Below are positions 31,555 through 46,131 of a stretch of 64,000 bases of DNA, piece after piece; position 1 is the first letter of the stretch, and each line of letters starts with the position of its first letter. The position numbers and the translations under genes are program-made. The DNA is taken from assembly GCF_009914755.1 (NCBI RefSeq), contig NC_060926.1. One strand, 5' to 3'. A model generated the notes under the pieces. The model was not told where the DNA came from and made no database searches. It worked only from the letters and a program-made list of their open reading frames with translations. Source of the DNA: the human T2T-CHM13v2.0 reference genome, Homo sapiens.

Positions 31555-33850
31555 AGTACAGGAGTCCATGGCGCGGTGTGGGCCCTACTGTGCCACAGTC
31601 CATAGCACGGCTGGGCAGAGGTTCTCTTGTGCAAGAGTCCGCGGCTCTGTGGCGCAAAGAGTTCTCCAGTGCCTTAGTCCAGGGAGAGGCAGGGGTGGGG
31701 CTCCTTCAGTAGCTTAGTCCAATGCGCTGCCCTGCGAGGGTCCTCTTGAGCAGGAGTACACGATGCGGCGGGGTCCTACTGTGCCTTAGTCCAGGAAGCG
31801 GGGGACTGGGTCCTCTGGTGCCATAGTCCAGGGCGCAAGGGGCTGGATCCTCTGGTGCCATAGTCCAGGGCGCAAGGGGCTGGATCCTCTGGTGCCATAG
31901 TCCAGGCTGCCGGGAGCTGGGTCCTCCGGTGCCATAGTCCAGGCCCCCAGGAGCTGGGTCTTCTGGTGCCATAGCCCAGGGTGCAGTGGAACAGGAGTCC
32001 TGCGGAGCAGTAGTCCAGGGCGCGCTGGGGCGTGGATCCTGAAGTGCCACAGTCCAGAGCGCGACAGGGCGGGATTCCTGCCTTGCTATATCCAGGTTGC
32101 AGCGGGGCGGGGGTTCTCTTCTGCAGGAGTCCAGGACGTGGCAGAACGGGAGTCCTCCGTGTAGGAGTCCTCCGGTGCTGGAGTCCAGAGCGCAGTAAGG
32201 CTGGATCCTCCCGTGCCATAATGTAGGGCATGGTGGGACGGGGATCCTGCCTTGTGATAGTCTAGTGCCTGAGTCCGCAGTAAGGCAATGGTCCTCCAAT
32301 GCTGGAGTTCACGGCGTGTTGGGGGTCACGGTCCTTCAGTGACTTAGGCCAGGGGTACCAGGGCGGGGATCCACAGTTGCCATAGTGAGGACCTCTGAGG
32401 AGTCTGGTTCCTGCCTTGCTGCAGTCCGGGGAGCAGCGGGCAGGGGTCCTCTCTTGTCAGAGTCTCTGGCGCGAGGTGGGGGTGGGGTGGGGGTTTTCCT
32501 ATGCGATAGCCCACGGGGCGGTGAGGCCAGGTCCTCGCGTGCCTTTGTCCAGGGCGCAGGGGGGCGAGGGTCTTCGGTGGTGGAGTCCGCGGAGCGGCAG
32601 GACAGGGGTCCTCCAGTGCCATATTCCAGAGCACGGCGGAGTGGGGGACCTGTCCTGCAGTGGTCCAGGGCATGCGGGAGTGGTGGGCCTCCTGTGCCAT
32701 AGTCCAACGCGCGGCGGGGCGGGGGTCACCTCGTCCTGCAGTCACCATGCACGAGACCCCGGTCCTGCTGTGCCTCAGTCCAGTGCGCGGTGGGACGGCT
32801 GTCCTGCTATGCTGTAGTGCAGGACGCGGTGGGGCAGCAGTAACCCAGAGAGCGCCGTGGCAGAGGGTCCTCCAGTGCTGGAATCCAGTGCATGGCGGGT
32901 CAGGGGTCTTACCGTGCCGAAGTCAGTGGCAAGGGTCCTCCCATGCCATAGTCTAGGGGGCGACCGGGCAGGGTTCTCTAGTGCAGGTGTCCAGGGTGCG
33001 GCGGGGCAGGAGTCCTCTGGTGCAGAAGTCCAGGACGTAATGGAGTGCGAGTCCTCCAGTGGCGGAGTCCAGGGCTCTGCGGGGCAGGGTTCTTCCATGC
33101 CAGAGTGTAGGGCGCGTTCAGGCGAGGGTCTTGGCGTGCAGTAGTCCAGGGTGCGGTGGGGCAAGGACAGTCCAGACCTCCATGGCAGGGGCTCCTCTGT
33201 GCAGGAGCCCAGTGCCCGGCAGATCGGGGTCCCTCCGTGCTGTAGTCCAGGGCACGGCAAGGTGTGGATCCTCTGTGCCCTAACCAGGGGGCGGTGGGTC
33301 ACAGGTTCTCCCGTGTCTTGGTCTAGGGCCCAGCGGGACTGGGGTCCTGGAGTCCACGCGGTAGCCCAAGTTGCCTCAGGACCAGGTCCTGTGGAACCAC
33401 AGTCCAGAGCACAGAGGGGCAGGAGTAGTTCAGGGCGAGCCACGGCCGAGGTCCTCGGGAGCCAGGATCCAGCGTGTGGAGAAGCGGGGGTTCTGCAGTG
33501 GCACAGCCCAGGACACAGCGGGATGGGGCGGGGCGGGGATTCTCTGGTGCCTTAGTCCAGGGTGGAGCCGGGTGAGAGGTCCTTCAGTAGCATAGTCTAG
33601 TGCATGGTGTTGCAGGGGTCCTCCAGTGCCTGAGGCCAGGGAGGGTCGCGGGTCCCACCGTACTCTAGTTCAGGGCGGAGCAGGTCTGAGGTCTTCTCCT
33701 GCTTCAGTCTAGGGCGCTGGAGAGCGGGGGTCCTCTGGTGCCAGAGTCAGTGGAGCCATGGGTCGGGGTCCTCCCATGTCTTAGCCCAGGACGGGGAGAG
33801 GCAGAGATCCTCCTTTGCCCTAGTCCAAGGGATCGTGAGGCCCCGCTCCT
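31555..33850. repeat. GC/CpG-rich ~37-39 bp degenerate minisatellite (roughly 60 units)
   Basis: The unit tcctctggtgccatagtccagggcgcaaggggctgga starts at 31811, 31848 and 31885 (37 bp period). The tagtccaggg and gggtcctc anchors recur throughout. Confidence 0.9.
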
Positions 33851-35039
33851 GCACAGAGGCGGTCTGTGCCTCTACCGCCACAGGGGAAAACTGCACCATC
33901 TCTGGCAAGCCTAACAGAGCAGCTGTCCTTAAAAGACTCCCAGTTGAGTGTGGTTTGGAGCAGGCCTGAGAAGTGTGCCCTTAGATGGCTTCAAGGGCTC
34001 TGAGCTTTGTTTAAGGAATCCAGCTGACTTCAGTTACTCCAAGCCCTTTTCCACTCAGCAGAACTTCTGGCCACGGGGTCACCTATCTGCGGGGCCCTTC
34101 TATCATCCCAGATCCCCACAGGACTCCCTCTCATCCTCACAGTCTCAGCTCACCGCTTTATTCATCACCGCATTCCTGGCACCAGGCCTGGCCCATAAGA
34201 AATGGGTCAGATTAAGAGCTAAATGTTTTTTCATGGTCACTTGTTTTCTTCAGGCCTCCTTTCTTTGTGCCAACATCTTTGGGTTTCTGGTTAAAGTTTT
34301 CAGCAGCTGCATGCAGTTCCATTTTTCTTACCAGGTAAGAGGCATAGCTTCATGAAAACAAAGGCAGAATGCTTGTGACCAGAGAACTCCCAGTCCTCTC
34401 CCTGCATAGGAAAACTGGACTTCTCCGGAGGGCTCCAGCTTCTGGGCAAATCTCTACGGCCACTTAATTGGGCTGTCCCTCACCTTTGTTTCTGGTTTTG
34501 AAGGGGCCGAAGTTGGGAATCTTTTCTAAGTCTCTACACACAGAGCCCTTCTTTGATGGGAAAGTCTTGACATATACCAGGATTCTCACTGACCTTTCAG
34601 AGTCTTCAAGAATCCTGAGCTGCTTTGGCTTCTGTTCCTGGAAGAGAGGCCACTGAACTGCTCTGGAGCTGGAGTTCAAGTTCAAATATTCATCACTGTT
34701 ACTAAGCCTTTACATAGCATGTGATTTCTTTCCGGCAGGCTCATGGTCACTTAGGTTTGCTTGTATGTAGATGGAGGGTCTGCATCCTCATTCAGGTAAC
34801 ACCCTCAGTCTTTCACGCTGAGATTGGCCATTTTATTTGTAACTCACTGTACAATCCATTTGCTCTTCCAGTATCCCTTAGAAGGATGCAGAGTGTTCTG
34901 TAGAATGCCATAGAGACCTGAGTTTAGGCAAAATATTTGACCAAAAGTCCACCAACTCACATGAGTATCTCCCCACAACTTGTACAGTGCTAGTCTCTGG
35001 GTATATAGTAAATGAAACCGTGCCTGAGCAGATGATAAC

Positions 35040-35330
35040 TAACACCCTCCCCTGAGATACTCCAAGGTTGCTTTATTCAAGCAAAACAGTGAGTTGTAAT
35101 TCTCACAGTAGTCCTACAGGATAGCTGCTGTTACTGCTTATGACACAGATGGGCAACCTGAGGCTCAGATGGAGTTAAGTGGCTTAATTGGTAGCAATAG
35201 AGCCAGAATTTGAACCCAGGCTGCCTGATCACCAAATAAAATTGTATTCAACATGATGCACTTAACTTTTCTGGCCTCATTTCTCTCACCTGTAAAAATG
35301 CAGGTTTCAGTGTTTGTAATATTTTACCTG
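35040..35330. mobile_element. MIR fragments
   Basis: cagatgggcaacctgaggctcaga...agagccagaatttgaacccagg and gcctcatttctctcacctgtaaaa. Confidence 0.65.
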
Positions 35331-38079
35331 TGGTTGAAAGTTACCAGCCCTTCCTTGATGACCCATGGTAAGACCCATGAGCCTTTGAATATAATTATAG
35401 AAAACATTTGGAGAGGGATAGAGAGAGACAAGATCATGCCTCCTTTGATAACGTCAAATTTTCAGTGCACGAAGCCATACATAGTGCAGTTTTCTAGCTT
35501 CCCTTTCACAAATGGTGTTGAAGAAAGTAAATAAAGCAACTCAGCTATCACTGGGAATGCAGTAGAAGTAATCAAGTCCAGTGCTGGGAGATAGTTGCCA
35601 TGATATTCCAACATGGACACCAGGATCACAGTGGATGACTATGCCCTCCCTTGAAGATGGTGGCTTGCCTCTCTTTCTGTAAGCAAATGTCATGTCATAA
35701 CAGTATTAAACAATTACAAGTAATGTCCCCATCTGCTTCTACACTGCCTTTGAAATATTATTTTAGATCTGCCAAAATAAATTGCAAACTCATTAACAAG
35801 AATGCGGGGTGGGGGGTGCATTCATCCCTGCCTTCCTGAGTAGTCTATTCACCCAAAGACAAAAGGATGACCAGCCTCCATCCGGGATATTCAAAGACAC
35901 AGTCACCCTGCCATGCAGCCCGAGGCTGGCAAAGGTCCAATCCCCTTTTTAAGAAGCTTGTTGGATGAGCTCTTTAAACATACAACCACAAAGGAAAGGC
36001 ACAGCCAGTGCGAGGGAGGCTGATAAGATGGGTATTTTGTTTACTTCAAGGTTAGAATGCAACTTCTCTATCAAAATGGGGTTATCTGACCTCCACAATG
36101 CTGCAGTCCAGCTAAATCCTGCAAATATTCATCCACCATTTACTATGGATAAAACAATAATGTGCTGTAGGGAATCCAATTACACACACACACGGAAGTG
36201 CACTCAGACATGCGTGCACACACACTGCTCCTGCTGCCTCAGAGCTTCCAGGCCGGCAAGGAGGAAGTGCAAACATTAGTAGGTAAGTCTGCTACCAGGA
36301 AGAATATGGTAAGTAGATCCAACAATACAACACAGTATGATAGAAGCAAACAAGGTGGAGATCTGACTCCCTTTCACTTATGAAACTGATTATGGAATAG
36401 TTTATGAAAGACTTGCCTGGATGAATCTCATATTTTCCAAGTGTTTTCTATCCCAGTGATTGGAACTTTTATTCATCTATACCATTTTCCAAAAGGAAAG
36501 AACAGGCGATTTTCCTAAGACCATCCTCTGTCTTATCCCTCATATCCCAAACATCACCAAGCCCTGTCCACTTTTACCTACTCAGTTTCTCTCCACTTGC
36601 TCTGTTTTCTCCATAAGCACTAGCAATACCTTGGTTACGTGATGACCACCAGCAGCAGCTGGGGAAACCAGCACCCTGTGGAACTGCATAGGGTGCATAG
36701 AATACGTCCTCCCTTCAGTTGGCTTGGGTCAGCTTAGGTCATGGGCCACCTGGGCTGATAGCAGTTTCCGCAGAAATGCCTCAAGATGGTAGAATAATCC
36801 AAATCTCTTTGCATGGGGCATGGTGTGGCTATCTGAGAAAAACCTGGCTTTTCTAGGAAGGAGAAAGAAGAATGCTTCTTGAGGGGAAGAAACCAACAGG
36901 AATTTGCCTGAGGGAAACGTCACCAGAGGAGAGTGAGCTGTAATGAGTACTTTGGCAGATTATTTCTTGTGGTTCTTGGGTTCCTTGGTCCTGCACAGAG
37001 CTACCATTTACTCATTTGACAAATATTTGAGTGGTAGACTCCAGGATTCAATAGTGATCAAAAATTTCTTCCCTAGTGGAGCTTAGAATCTAACAGAAAG
37101 AGTTGATGTTAGTCACAAAATTATGTAATAAGGGAAAGTGCAGCAGACCCAGGTGTGCTGCAAGAGCCTGTGAAGGCGGATTGACCCCAAGACAGAGGCA
37201 GGAAAGTCTGCCTCCAGGAAGCAGCAATTGAGCCAAAATCAGAAAACTAGGCAAAGACACAGTATTCAGGAGGAGGTAGAAGCTGGCCCATGAGGATGGT
37301 GGTGTGGAGAGATGAAGAAATACCCAGGTCCTTGGATTTATTGTTCAGCTGCTGAATGAACCAGGGCTGGCTCTTGCCCAACCTCTGCACTTCTTGTTTT
37401 GCAAGGTTATAAATTTTTTTATTTAAAAGCTAGTATGATTTGGGATCTGTTGCTTTTCTGAGACCCCATCCTGTGAGGTAGACGGGGCCTCACTGTACTC
37501 TGGGGAACTAAAGATGGAGAAGGGTTTTAGAGTGCCTGGAGAAGAGGCCCTTTAATGGATCATTTAAGAAGAGGGTGCTACCGCTAGACTGCCCAGATTC
37601 CCTTTCTGGGTTTGTGACCTTGGACTCTCTGTGTCTGTTTTCCAATCTGAAAAATGGAATAATGATAGTATCTGCCTCTGCCTGCAAGACCTTGACCTAT
37701 CAGACCAACTACTTTTTCACTAGAACTCTCTTCTTGCACTGTACCCCAACTGGACCACTCATTAAAACTTAAAATGGTCATGTTTTCCTTTTCTAGATTT
37801 TGCTCAAGACATTTCCCTCATCAAAATTAAATTTGGTCCATCTCCCCCTATTGGAATTCAACCCATTCTCCAGAAATCAGTTCAAATTTTATCACCAGAA
37901 AGCCTCTCTCAATTACCCCCACCTTCTTTTATTCTTTGGGCCATTTCTGCTATCATTTCTATGTTTTTCTTTTTTGCTACATATTGGTGTAGGTACATAT
38001 GATCTCCACTTCCACTCAAATGTGAGGTTACTGCGGGCAATCCCTATGGGTATAGTCATATCCCAAGAGTCCTGGGCAT

Positions 38080-38355
38080 AGGGTCTCTCTCTTTCACCCA
38101 GGCTGGAGTACAGTGGTGCAACCAGAGCTTACTGCAGCCTCGACCTCCTGGGTTCAAATGATCCTCTCACCTTAGCCTTTCCAGTAGCTGGTACTAAAAG
38201 CGGGCACCGACATGCTTGGCTAATTTTCATATTTTTCATAGAGATGGGGTTCCACCATGTGGCTTTGCTTGGTCTCAAAGTTCTGAGCTCAAGCAATCCA
38301 CCTGCCTCAGCCTCTCAACGTCCTGGAATGACAGCATGAGCTGCCACACCTGGCT
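38080..38355 (-). mobile_element. AluJ
   Basis: cacccaggctggagtacagtgg...actgcagcctcgacctcctggg...gagctcaagcaatcc. Confidence 0.85.
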
Positions 38356-39087
38356 GCATGCCGAATACTTTAGAGTTGTTTATGCCTGACACTTCCAGGG
38401 CATGCAGAACTATGGTGGCATTAACTGACACATTAACCAACTGCCTCGCTTACTTTTCTTTTGACTCAGTTTATAAATGTTCTTAATTTAAATTTTAATT
38501 TCAACATGTATACATCTTTGAAATAAATAAAATAATCCTTTGAATGTTTGACATAATGTAGAAGAAATTGACAAATGGACATCTTTATTTCATTTTCCAT
38601 CTCAAAATGTGGTACAAATATGCTCCCCTAAAGTGATCCCAATTATTACATAGTCATCTTGCTGTGGCTAATGTAGAATGTTTTTGCAATATCACATGCA
38701 TGAAGGGCACATCCAAAAAACATTTGAGTGGAGATAATACTAGATTCTAGAAAGTATCTAGACACTTAAGAGCAGGCAGTGATGATGTTAATTAACAATA
38801 ACAATGTCGAGGGGCTGGCTTTTGCCCTTCCCTAATAAGCATAAAGAGCATAGAAACTCAGCAAATTTGCTCTTATTTTCTTCATTATTTGGTTTTTGAA
38901 TCAGTAAATGCTTTCCACAGGGGTCATCTTGTTAGTCATCTTGTCATTTTGCTGCGTCCCATCTTCGTCCTTGCAATTTTTCCTTTTTCCCATTTTGGCA
39001 TGTATTGAGAGGAGTGTTATGCTGATGAAATGCCCTGTCCTGAATTGCTATCTGATTAGAACTTCCCTCAATTTTTAAAATGCTTCT

Positions 39088-39483
39088 TGACATGGTTTGG
39101 ATTTGTGCACCCCCCACCCCCAATCTCATGTGGAATTGTAATTGCCAGTTTTGGAGGAGGGGCTTTCTGGAAGGTGACTGGATCATAGAGGTGGTTTCTA
39201 ATGGAATGGTTTAGCCTAATCCCCCTCGTGCTGTCTGATGATAAAGTTCTCCTGAGATCTGCTTGTTTAAAAAGTGTGTAGCACCTCCCCTGACTCCTTT
39301 CAGCCATGTGAATATGTGCTTGCTTCCTTTTCACCTTCTTCCATGATTGTAAGTTTCCTGAGGCCTCCCTATAAGCATAAGTCTGTACAGCCCACGGAAC
39401 TGTGAGCCAATTCAATCCCTTTTCTTTTTCAATTACCCACTCTCATGTATATCTTTATAGCAGTGTGAGAACAGATTAATACA
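39088..39483 (+). mobile_element. MaLR solo LTR (MSTA-like)
   Basis: tgacatggtttggatttgtg...ccatgattgtaagtttcctgaggcctccc...gaactgtgagccaatt...tttatagcagtgtgagaacagattaataca. TG...CA ends and a near 5 bp TSD (cttct/ctcct). Confidence 0.9.
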
Positions 39484-39805
39484 CTCCTCCTCAGAAAGCA
39501 TTCAATTTAGCTGTGTCTAAAGTATGCCAGGTGTCCTAGGGTGTTATCTTAGCCAATAATTCTTCCTCTTCAGCAAGATCTATTTGCCTATGACAGCTTG
39601 ACCTACAGTTCCTACCATACTTGTCAGTAACAAGTAGCCCATAACATCTGAAGGGACTTCATTGAAATCACAGAGGTTCTTTAGTTCTTTACCTCATTAG
39701 TAGGCATTAGGGAAGCACATCAACTTTCTAATTTAATAAGGTGCCTGTTGCTTTGAAAAACTGCTCAAAAAAAGATAGGAGAGGCTTACTTAAAGATATC
39801 ACTAT

Positions 39806-40120
<315 letters not shown>

Positions 40121-40876
40121 TTATCACTGTACTATCTATAACTATTCTTAATTAGAATAACTAGGTTTTTTTCAACAGTGGAAACTCAAAACAGACAAAA
40201 TTGTTGTACCTCAAGGTGAGTTGTCATAGTCAGTTAATTCCTTTGCTTGCAACTGCCCAATAAATGGATGAGGACTCACTTCACCCATAAATAAGAAAGG
40301 TGAACAGCACATGGGGCCTGTAGATGCCTTTTGCAGGGCCCTCTTTTTCTCTTCCTAAAGTTGCAATTTGGGTATTTCTCTAGATGGGCACAACATAGAA
40401 ACTGTCATCCTAGATCAGAGCCTGGAGAGAGAGATACAGGTGTCATGCTTACATCTGCAGAGTGGGAACAAGCCCAGAAAAATCAAGACGATTAAGCAGA
40501 GAGCTTCCATACTGGAGATAAACCAGCTGTGTAAAAAATCATGCTTATTGAGCAAAAAAGCATTGCATCATCGAAATAACTGCTTTAACTAAGAAGTAAA
40601 GGAACTGATGCCCCAGCAGAGCACAGAGAGCCACAGAGACAGGAGCTGCGTTTCAAACAAGGTCATTGCTGTTGTCCCCACCCTGAGTTAAGTATCTCTG
40701 CTTCACCCTTCTTTACCAAAGTTCTGCTTGATCATCCTTTTGTTTTATTTTCTTTTTTCTGTACTTCACTTCTTTGAGAAAATATAAACCAAAACCTTAC
40801 ATAAAACAGGAATTGAGCTTTTGACAGTGTTAGCCCTTGAAACAACCAAACAAAAAGGTTTCTATTATTTCTCATC

Positions 40877-41082
40877 TCTGTGCTACCCAATACAGTAGCC
40901 AATAGCCCCAGATGACTATTAAAATTAAAATTAATTCAAATAAAACAATTTACAATTTAGCTGGTCAGTTGTACAATTTAGCTGGTCAGTTGTACTACCC
41001 ACATTTCAGTTACTCAATAGCCACATGTGGCTAGTGGCTACTGAACTGGCCAGCACAAATGTAGAACATTTTCATCATCATA
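40877..41082. mobile_element. MER3/MER33-like hAT-Charlie DNA transposon remnant
   Basis: ctcaatagccacatgtggctagtggctactgaactgg...agaacattttcatcatca. Contains a 21 bp tandem duplication, tacaatttagctggtcagttg. Confidence 0.75.
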
Positions 41083-42212
41083 GTTCTCTAGGCCATGGAA
41101 AACTTGCTGAACTCAATTTCCAGTGTGCACATTTATTTGCATACCTAGGAGCTTTTTGACCCTGTGTTGAGATGCCTAACCAGCTTCCTGATTGACCTCC
41201 TGATATTTCTGCAAATGTGGACTAAGAGGCCAGGATTCCTCAGGGCCCAGGTGACTCAGGTTATTCAGAAATTATATTTGGACTACCAGTCCTCTGCTTG
41301 ATTTGGGATGCAAAAAGGGACTTCTCTCCCTAATCACTAAAGTAGCTTTTCAAGGTCCCCCTCTCATCACGGTAAGAGTCTCATTTCTTGAGACTCTTAT
41401 TTCTTTCCATGACTTATGTTTTGGAGAGAGTGGATTCAGACAGAAGAGCTGGCTCTGTGCTGGTTTTCCAGGGGTCAACCCTTTTGTCAGTGACAAGTCT
41501 GCCTCTCTACATGATGTACATTGTGTCCCACTACTGGTAATAGAAGCTCAGCAATTGATTGACTGTTAGGTTATTTTCAAAGCTCAATATTCACAATAAT
41601 CTAAAAGACCCCCACATAACCATGAGGACAGACAGGGCTTTCATAACCTGCAAAAGACAAGGTGCAAATTTCTTCTTTCCATCCAGCAACAAATCGACAA
41701 CTCAGCCAGCACTTAAGTTGGGGTAAAAATTAATTAAAAGAAGAATGTATCAAGCAGAGATAAAAGAACAAAAAAGCTATTGCAGCTGTCCTCTCCATGA
41801 CAGAGGCCTGTGATTTGAATTTTAATGTTTTCATCTACTTTCTGCTTTTGTGTTTCTTTTATTATTTTTTTCACTATCTCTTATTTGTAGATACAAATTT
41901 TTCATATTTAAAAGCTATTTTAAATATAATCTTTAAAAGGAGAAGCATTCTTTTTTTTAATTGCACAAAATACTGAAGGTGAGATCCACTGATTGCAATG
42001 CAATGGGACAGTATCTCTGGAAGCAATTTTATCCAGAAAAATAAATAGCTTTAAAACAATTCACAACCTTGGACCTAATAACCTCTACTTCTAGGAAGCT
42101 AGCCTATGAAGGTTTCTGCTGAAGGATGTTTATCACAGTATTATTAATAATGCGAAAAAGCCAAAGAGGAGACCTAAAATGTTTCAAAGATGAAAACGGT
42201 TTGATAAAATCA

Positions 42213-42499
<287 letters not shown>

Positions 42500-43097
42500 A
42501 ATAAACAACATATTTAAACTCTAAAATGTTATGCAAGCATTCCGGGCATGCTTTGGAAAAACTGTTAATCCTACAAAAGATGCTTATGTTATTATATAGA
42601 CTAACAGACCAAGATTCTCCAGGACACTTACTTTGTTAAGTGTCTGAAGTAAAATACAATGCTGTATATAAAATGTGACCTCAAGTCAGGTCCCAGTCTT
42701 TTCATCTGGGAAATTCTGTTAATTATACTGTCCTTCCCCTTTATAGGTTTTCTGTAGGAGTTAAATAAAATCCACTTTGTTAATTGCTTAACACAATGCT
42801 CAACACTGGTAGGGGAGCTATAATTGTCAGCTATTGTCCTATGTGCCAAGAAAAAGACCACACAGACAGACACACACACAAACACACAAAGACACACATG
42901 GAGGGAGAGGAAGTAAAGATTAGGAAGCAGCACATAGTGTATCAGTAGACAATGGGACCACTAGTGATTTTCATATTCTTTTTTATTTTCTTTTTTATAC
43001 TGCTTACATTTTCAGTGTTACATAATGAGCATGTATTACTTCTGTAATCAGAAGAAGGTGGTATAAACCTCACCTTAATATAATAAAACAAAATTAC

Positions 43098-43416
43098 TGG
43101 CCAGGCACAGTGTCTCATGCCTGTAATCCTAGCACTTTGGAAGGCTGAGACTGGTAAATCTCTTGAGCTCAGGAATTTGAGACCAGCCTGAGCTCAGTGA
43201 GACAGTGAGACCTCGTCTCTGGAAAAAATACAAAAATTAGCCAGCGATAGTGGTGTACACCTGTAGTCCTAAGTTACCTGGGAAGCTAAGGTGGGAGGGT
43301 GGCTTGAGCCCAGGAAGTGGCTGCAGTGAGCTGTGATTGCACCACTGCACTCCAGCCTGGGTGAAAAAGCCAGACCCAGTCTCATACAAAAATAAAAACA
43401 AACAAACAAACAAAAA
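43098..43416 (+). mobile_element. AluJ
   Basis: ggccaggcacagtgtctcatgcctgtaatcc...ggcttgagcccaggaag with a (CAAA)n tail. Confidence 0.9.
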
Positions 43417-43459
43417 AGTTATTACTTAAGTCTCACATGCTGTCTTGGAGCCATCTTAG

Positions 43460-44060
43460 TGTTGAGGGATTCAAGAGACTGGAGAGACCAATGGGTGAGA
43501 CAGGAGGATTTTATTAAAGTGACCACTTGCCCAGTGGATTTTCATCCAAAAGGCTGAGCCCGGAAAAAAGACGGGGCCTGGTTTTTAAGCATGCAGCTGT
43601 GCAGAACTTACAGGGCGGGCTTAGCAAGCTTACAGAAGCAGAACAAAGGCAGTTAATCAAACAGTGACAAGTGTATGACTCAAACATGTCTGATGACCTC
43701 TGCTGGGCCACCCAGCAGGCTCTCAGCAGATGGTAACTATTTTAGGCTTGCTCAGGCATGTCTTGTGACCTTCTCAGGGTCACACAGATGGAAAACAGGA
43801 ACTTAAAAAATCCTTATAAACTTACAGAGATAGTTACAAAAATAGTTATGAGAGCAGAACAAAGAGATATTGGCCTGGGAAAGAATCTCAAAGGGGGAAG
43901 CTGATAAGAACTTGTTTTTCTCATCCCTGTTCCTGGAATCCATTCCTTCTGGGCTCTTCCTGGCCTTGTATATAAAGTTATCTTAATCCTAGCACGGCCT
44001 TGGAGTGAGTCAGCCTGGAACAGGCAGGAACTTAGGTTTTTCTCTTTTTAATTTCTGCTT
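43460..44060 (-). mobile_element. ERV LTR, antisense (family not identified)
   Basis: Begins tgttgaggg, followed by ttttatt (antisense poly-A signal) at about 43510 and tttttaag (antisense TATA-like) at about 43583, the usual layout of a reversed LTR. Confidence 0.5.
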
Positions 44061-45119
44061 TAGTAGGCCAGGGTTCTGATTTTCACTGCTGAGAAAGTAA
44101 AGTGTGTTCAGGCTGCCCATGGTTCTGGGCACCCCCGGGTCTCTGAGGAGGGCTGTCCCCTCCATCACAGAGAATATCAGGACACTAGCTTGTTCTAGTT
44201 ATACTTACACACTCCTCTCATGTTGTCTATGGAGTGGTGGATGCTGCAGGGAGGGTGACATCCTAGTTAGTCCTAAGAGCCAGACTGCCTGAAGCTCACT
44301 ATAACAAGTCCTGCCTTGGGGAAGAAGGAAGTGTGTCTCTGTGAACCTCCCACCTGGGCCGAAGGGAGGCCACTCTCTCTGCTGCCTCTCCCCAACCTTG
44401 GCCTTCTGTGCTCCTAGTGAACCTCTCACCCCCTGCCTACAGGCCTCGAATCTCAAGACCATGATGACCTCTGGTCACCCCTGAATCCAGAGCTTTCCTT
44501 TTACAAAGGGGAAACTGAGACCTGGAGCAGGGCTGATGTTCAGCCAGCGCACAACGGAATGGCCGAATTGGTGGTAAAATACTGAAATAGTTCCAGTGTG
44601 GATGGAAAGGGGCTGCTGCCCTAAGCATCTCTACTGCCCACCTCATCCCTTCCTCCAGGACCCTGGGTCAGCACCAGGAGCATCAAAGTGGCCAGGATTG
44701 GCCGGAGCCCATGCTAATGGCTCTGCCAGCCCTTCTCCCCACCAGAGAGGGCAGGGGGATTCAGGCCATCTAGAGGTAGCATTGTGACCGTATCTGCAGT
44801 AGTCAATCCTTGTGTGCCACGGTCCCTGACTTTGTTAATAAGGGCACCAGCCTACATCCCTCTGGTACTCAGTGATAAGCATCTAAAATCTTCTTAAAGA
44901 AAAAATTTAAAAAGCTTTCAAAATATATGACTTAACATATGAGGCTGCATAAACATCTCTAGCAGTTGTCCAACTGGTGCTTCTGGTTCTGCCTCCCCAG
45001 AAAGTGGATGACCTGGGCCACCCTCCACCACTGCCCTGTAAGGCCATGGGACACACAGCCCATCAGTTCTCTTCATGTGGTCATCCCCTGTTAGATGGGA
45101 GAAAATACACCTGCCTCAT

Positions 45120-45480
45120 TTTTGTACCTTCTGTGTGAACATTCCACGACAGAACTTCACTAAATGTGTGATGAAGAACTGAATGAATGAATGAATATGA
45201 GAGAAAATGAATAAATGGCTCAGATCCTGGGCTGGAAGTCTGTGTATGAGGATGGTGGGTAGAGGAGGGTCTGTTTTTCTTGCCTTTAAGTCATTACTTC
45301 TCATTTTGGGGCAGGAGCACAGGCTTTGAATGCAGACCGACTGGACTTTAATTCTGGCTTTACTAGTTGTGATTGTGTGATCTTGTACATGTTACTTAAA
45401 CCCTCTGTGCCTGTTTCTTTATCTGTAAAATGGAGATAATAAGATGTCAAAGGACTGTGGTAAGAATTAAATGCTTTAAA
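45120..45480. mobile_element. L2 3' end plus MIR
   Basis: aaatgtgtg...gaatgaatgaatgaat (L2 tail); ttacttaaaccctctgtgcctgtttctttatctgtaaaatggagataataa (MIR core). Confidence 0.75.
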
Positions 45481-45969
45481 CAAATCTCAGTTCGTATTAA
45501 GTCCTCAATAGATTGGGTTTAGCATCATGAGTGCATGTGTTTCTGGAGCAATGCTCATCTTGGGCTGGTACCTACACAGAGAAAGACTCTGGCCTCTTCT
45601 CATCCACATGTATCTGTCTTATGCCTGGTTCCCATTCCCAGGTCCTTGGAAGATCCATATTGCTGAAACAGTGAAGGGTGATAGGCACCTCAGGACAACT
45701 AAGTTGCTCCCCAAACATCTTCCCCCTCCCAAACGCCCCTGTGGTCTTTAGCATTTAACAGGAATCTCTCGACACTCTCAAGGGATGATCCTCTCATGGA
45801 AGACCAGTAGGGAGGAGGCTGCGGGAAAGGTCAGGCACTGTGCACTTCCCTGACAGCTGCATATGGTTCTGTTTCCAAGCCCACGGGTCACTACAAATAA
45901 GGCAAGTTATATGACATAATAATGTGATTCTTTGGTGCCTCAGTCCACACTGGCACGTTAATACTCCTA

Positions 45970-46125
45970 GAGTGGATTGCATGGTGGTCTATCAAAAGAT
46001 ATGTCTACCTGGAATGTGTGAATGTGCCTTTATTTGGAAAACAATCTGCAGATGTAATTAAATCCAGCACCTTGAGATGATTAGGATGGGCCCTAAATCC
46101 AATGACAAGTATCCTTATAAGAAAA
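45970..46125 (+). mobile_element. MLT1 (MaLR) LTR fragment
   Basis: gaatgtgcctttatttggaaa...gcagatgtaatta...gggccctaaatccaatgacaagtatccttataagaa. Confidence 0.75.
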
Positions 46126-46131
46126 GCGGCA

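Noticed and set aside
31706-33595. Pro/Gly/Arg-rich ORFs up to 222 aa
   Set aside because: Translations of the 37 bp minisatellite.
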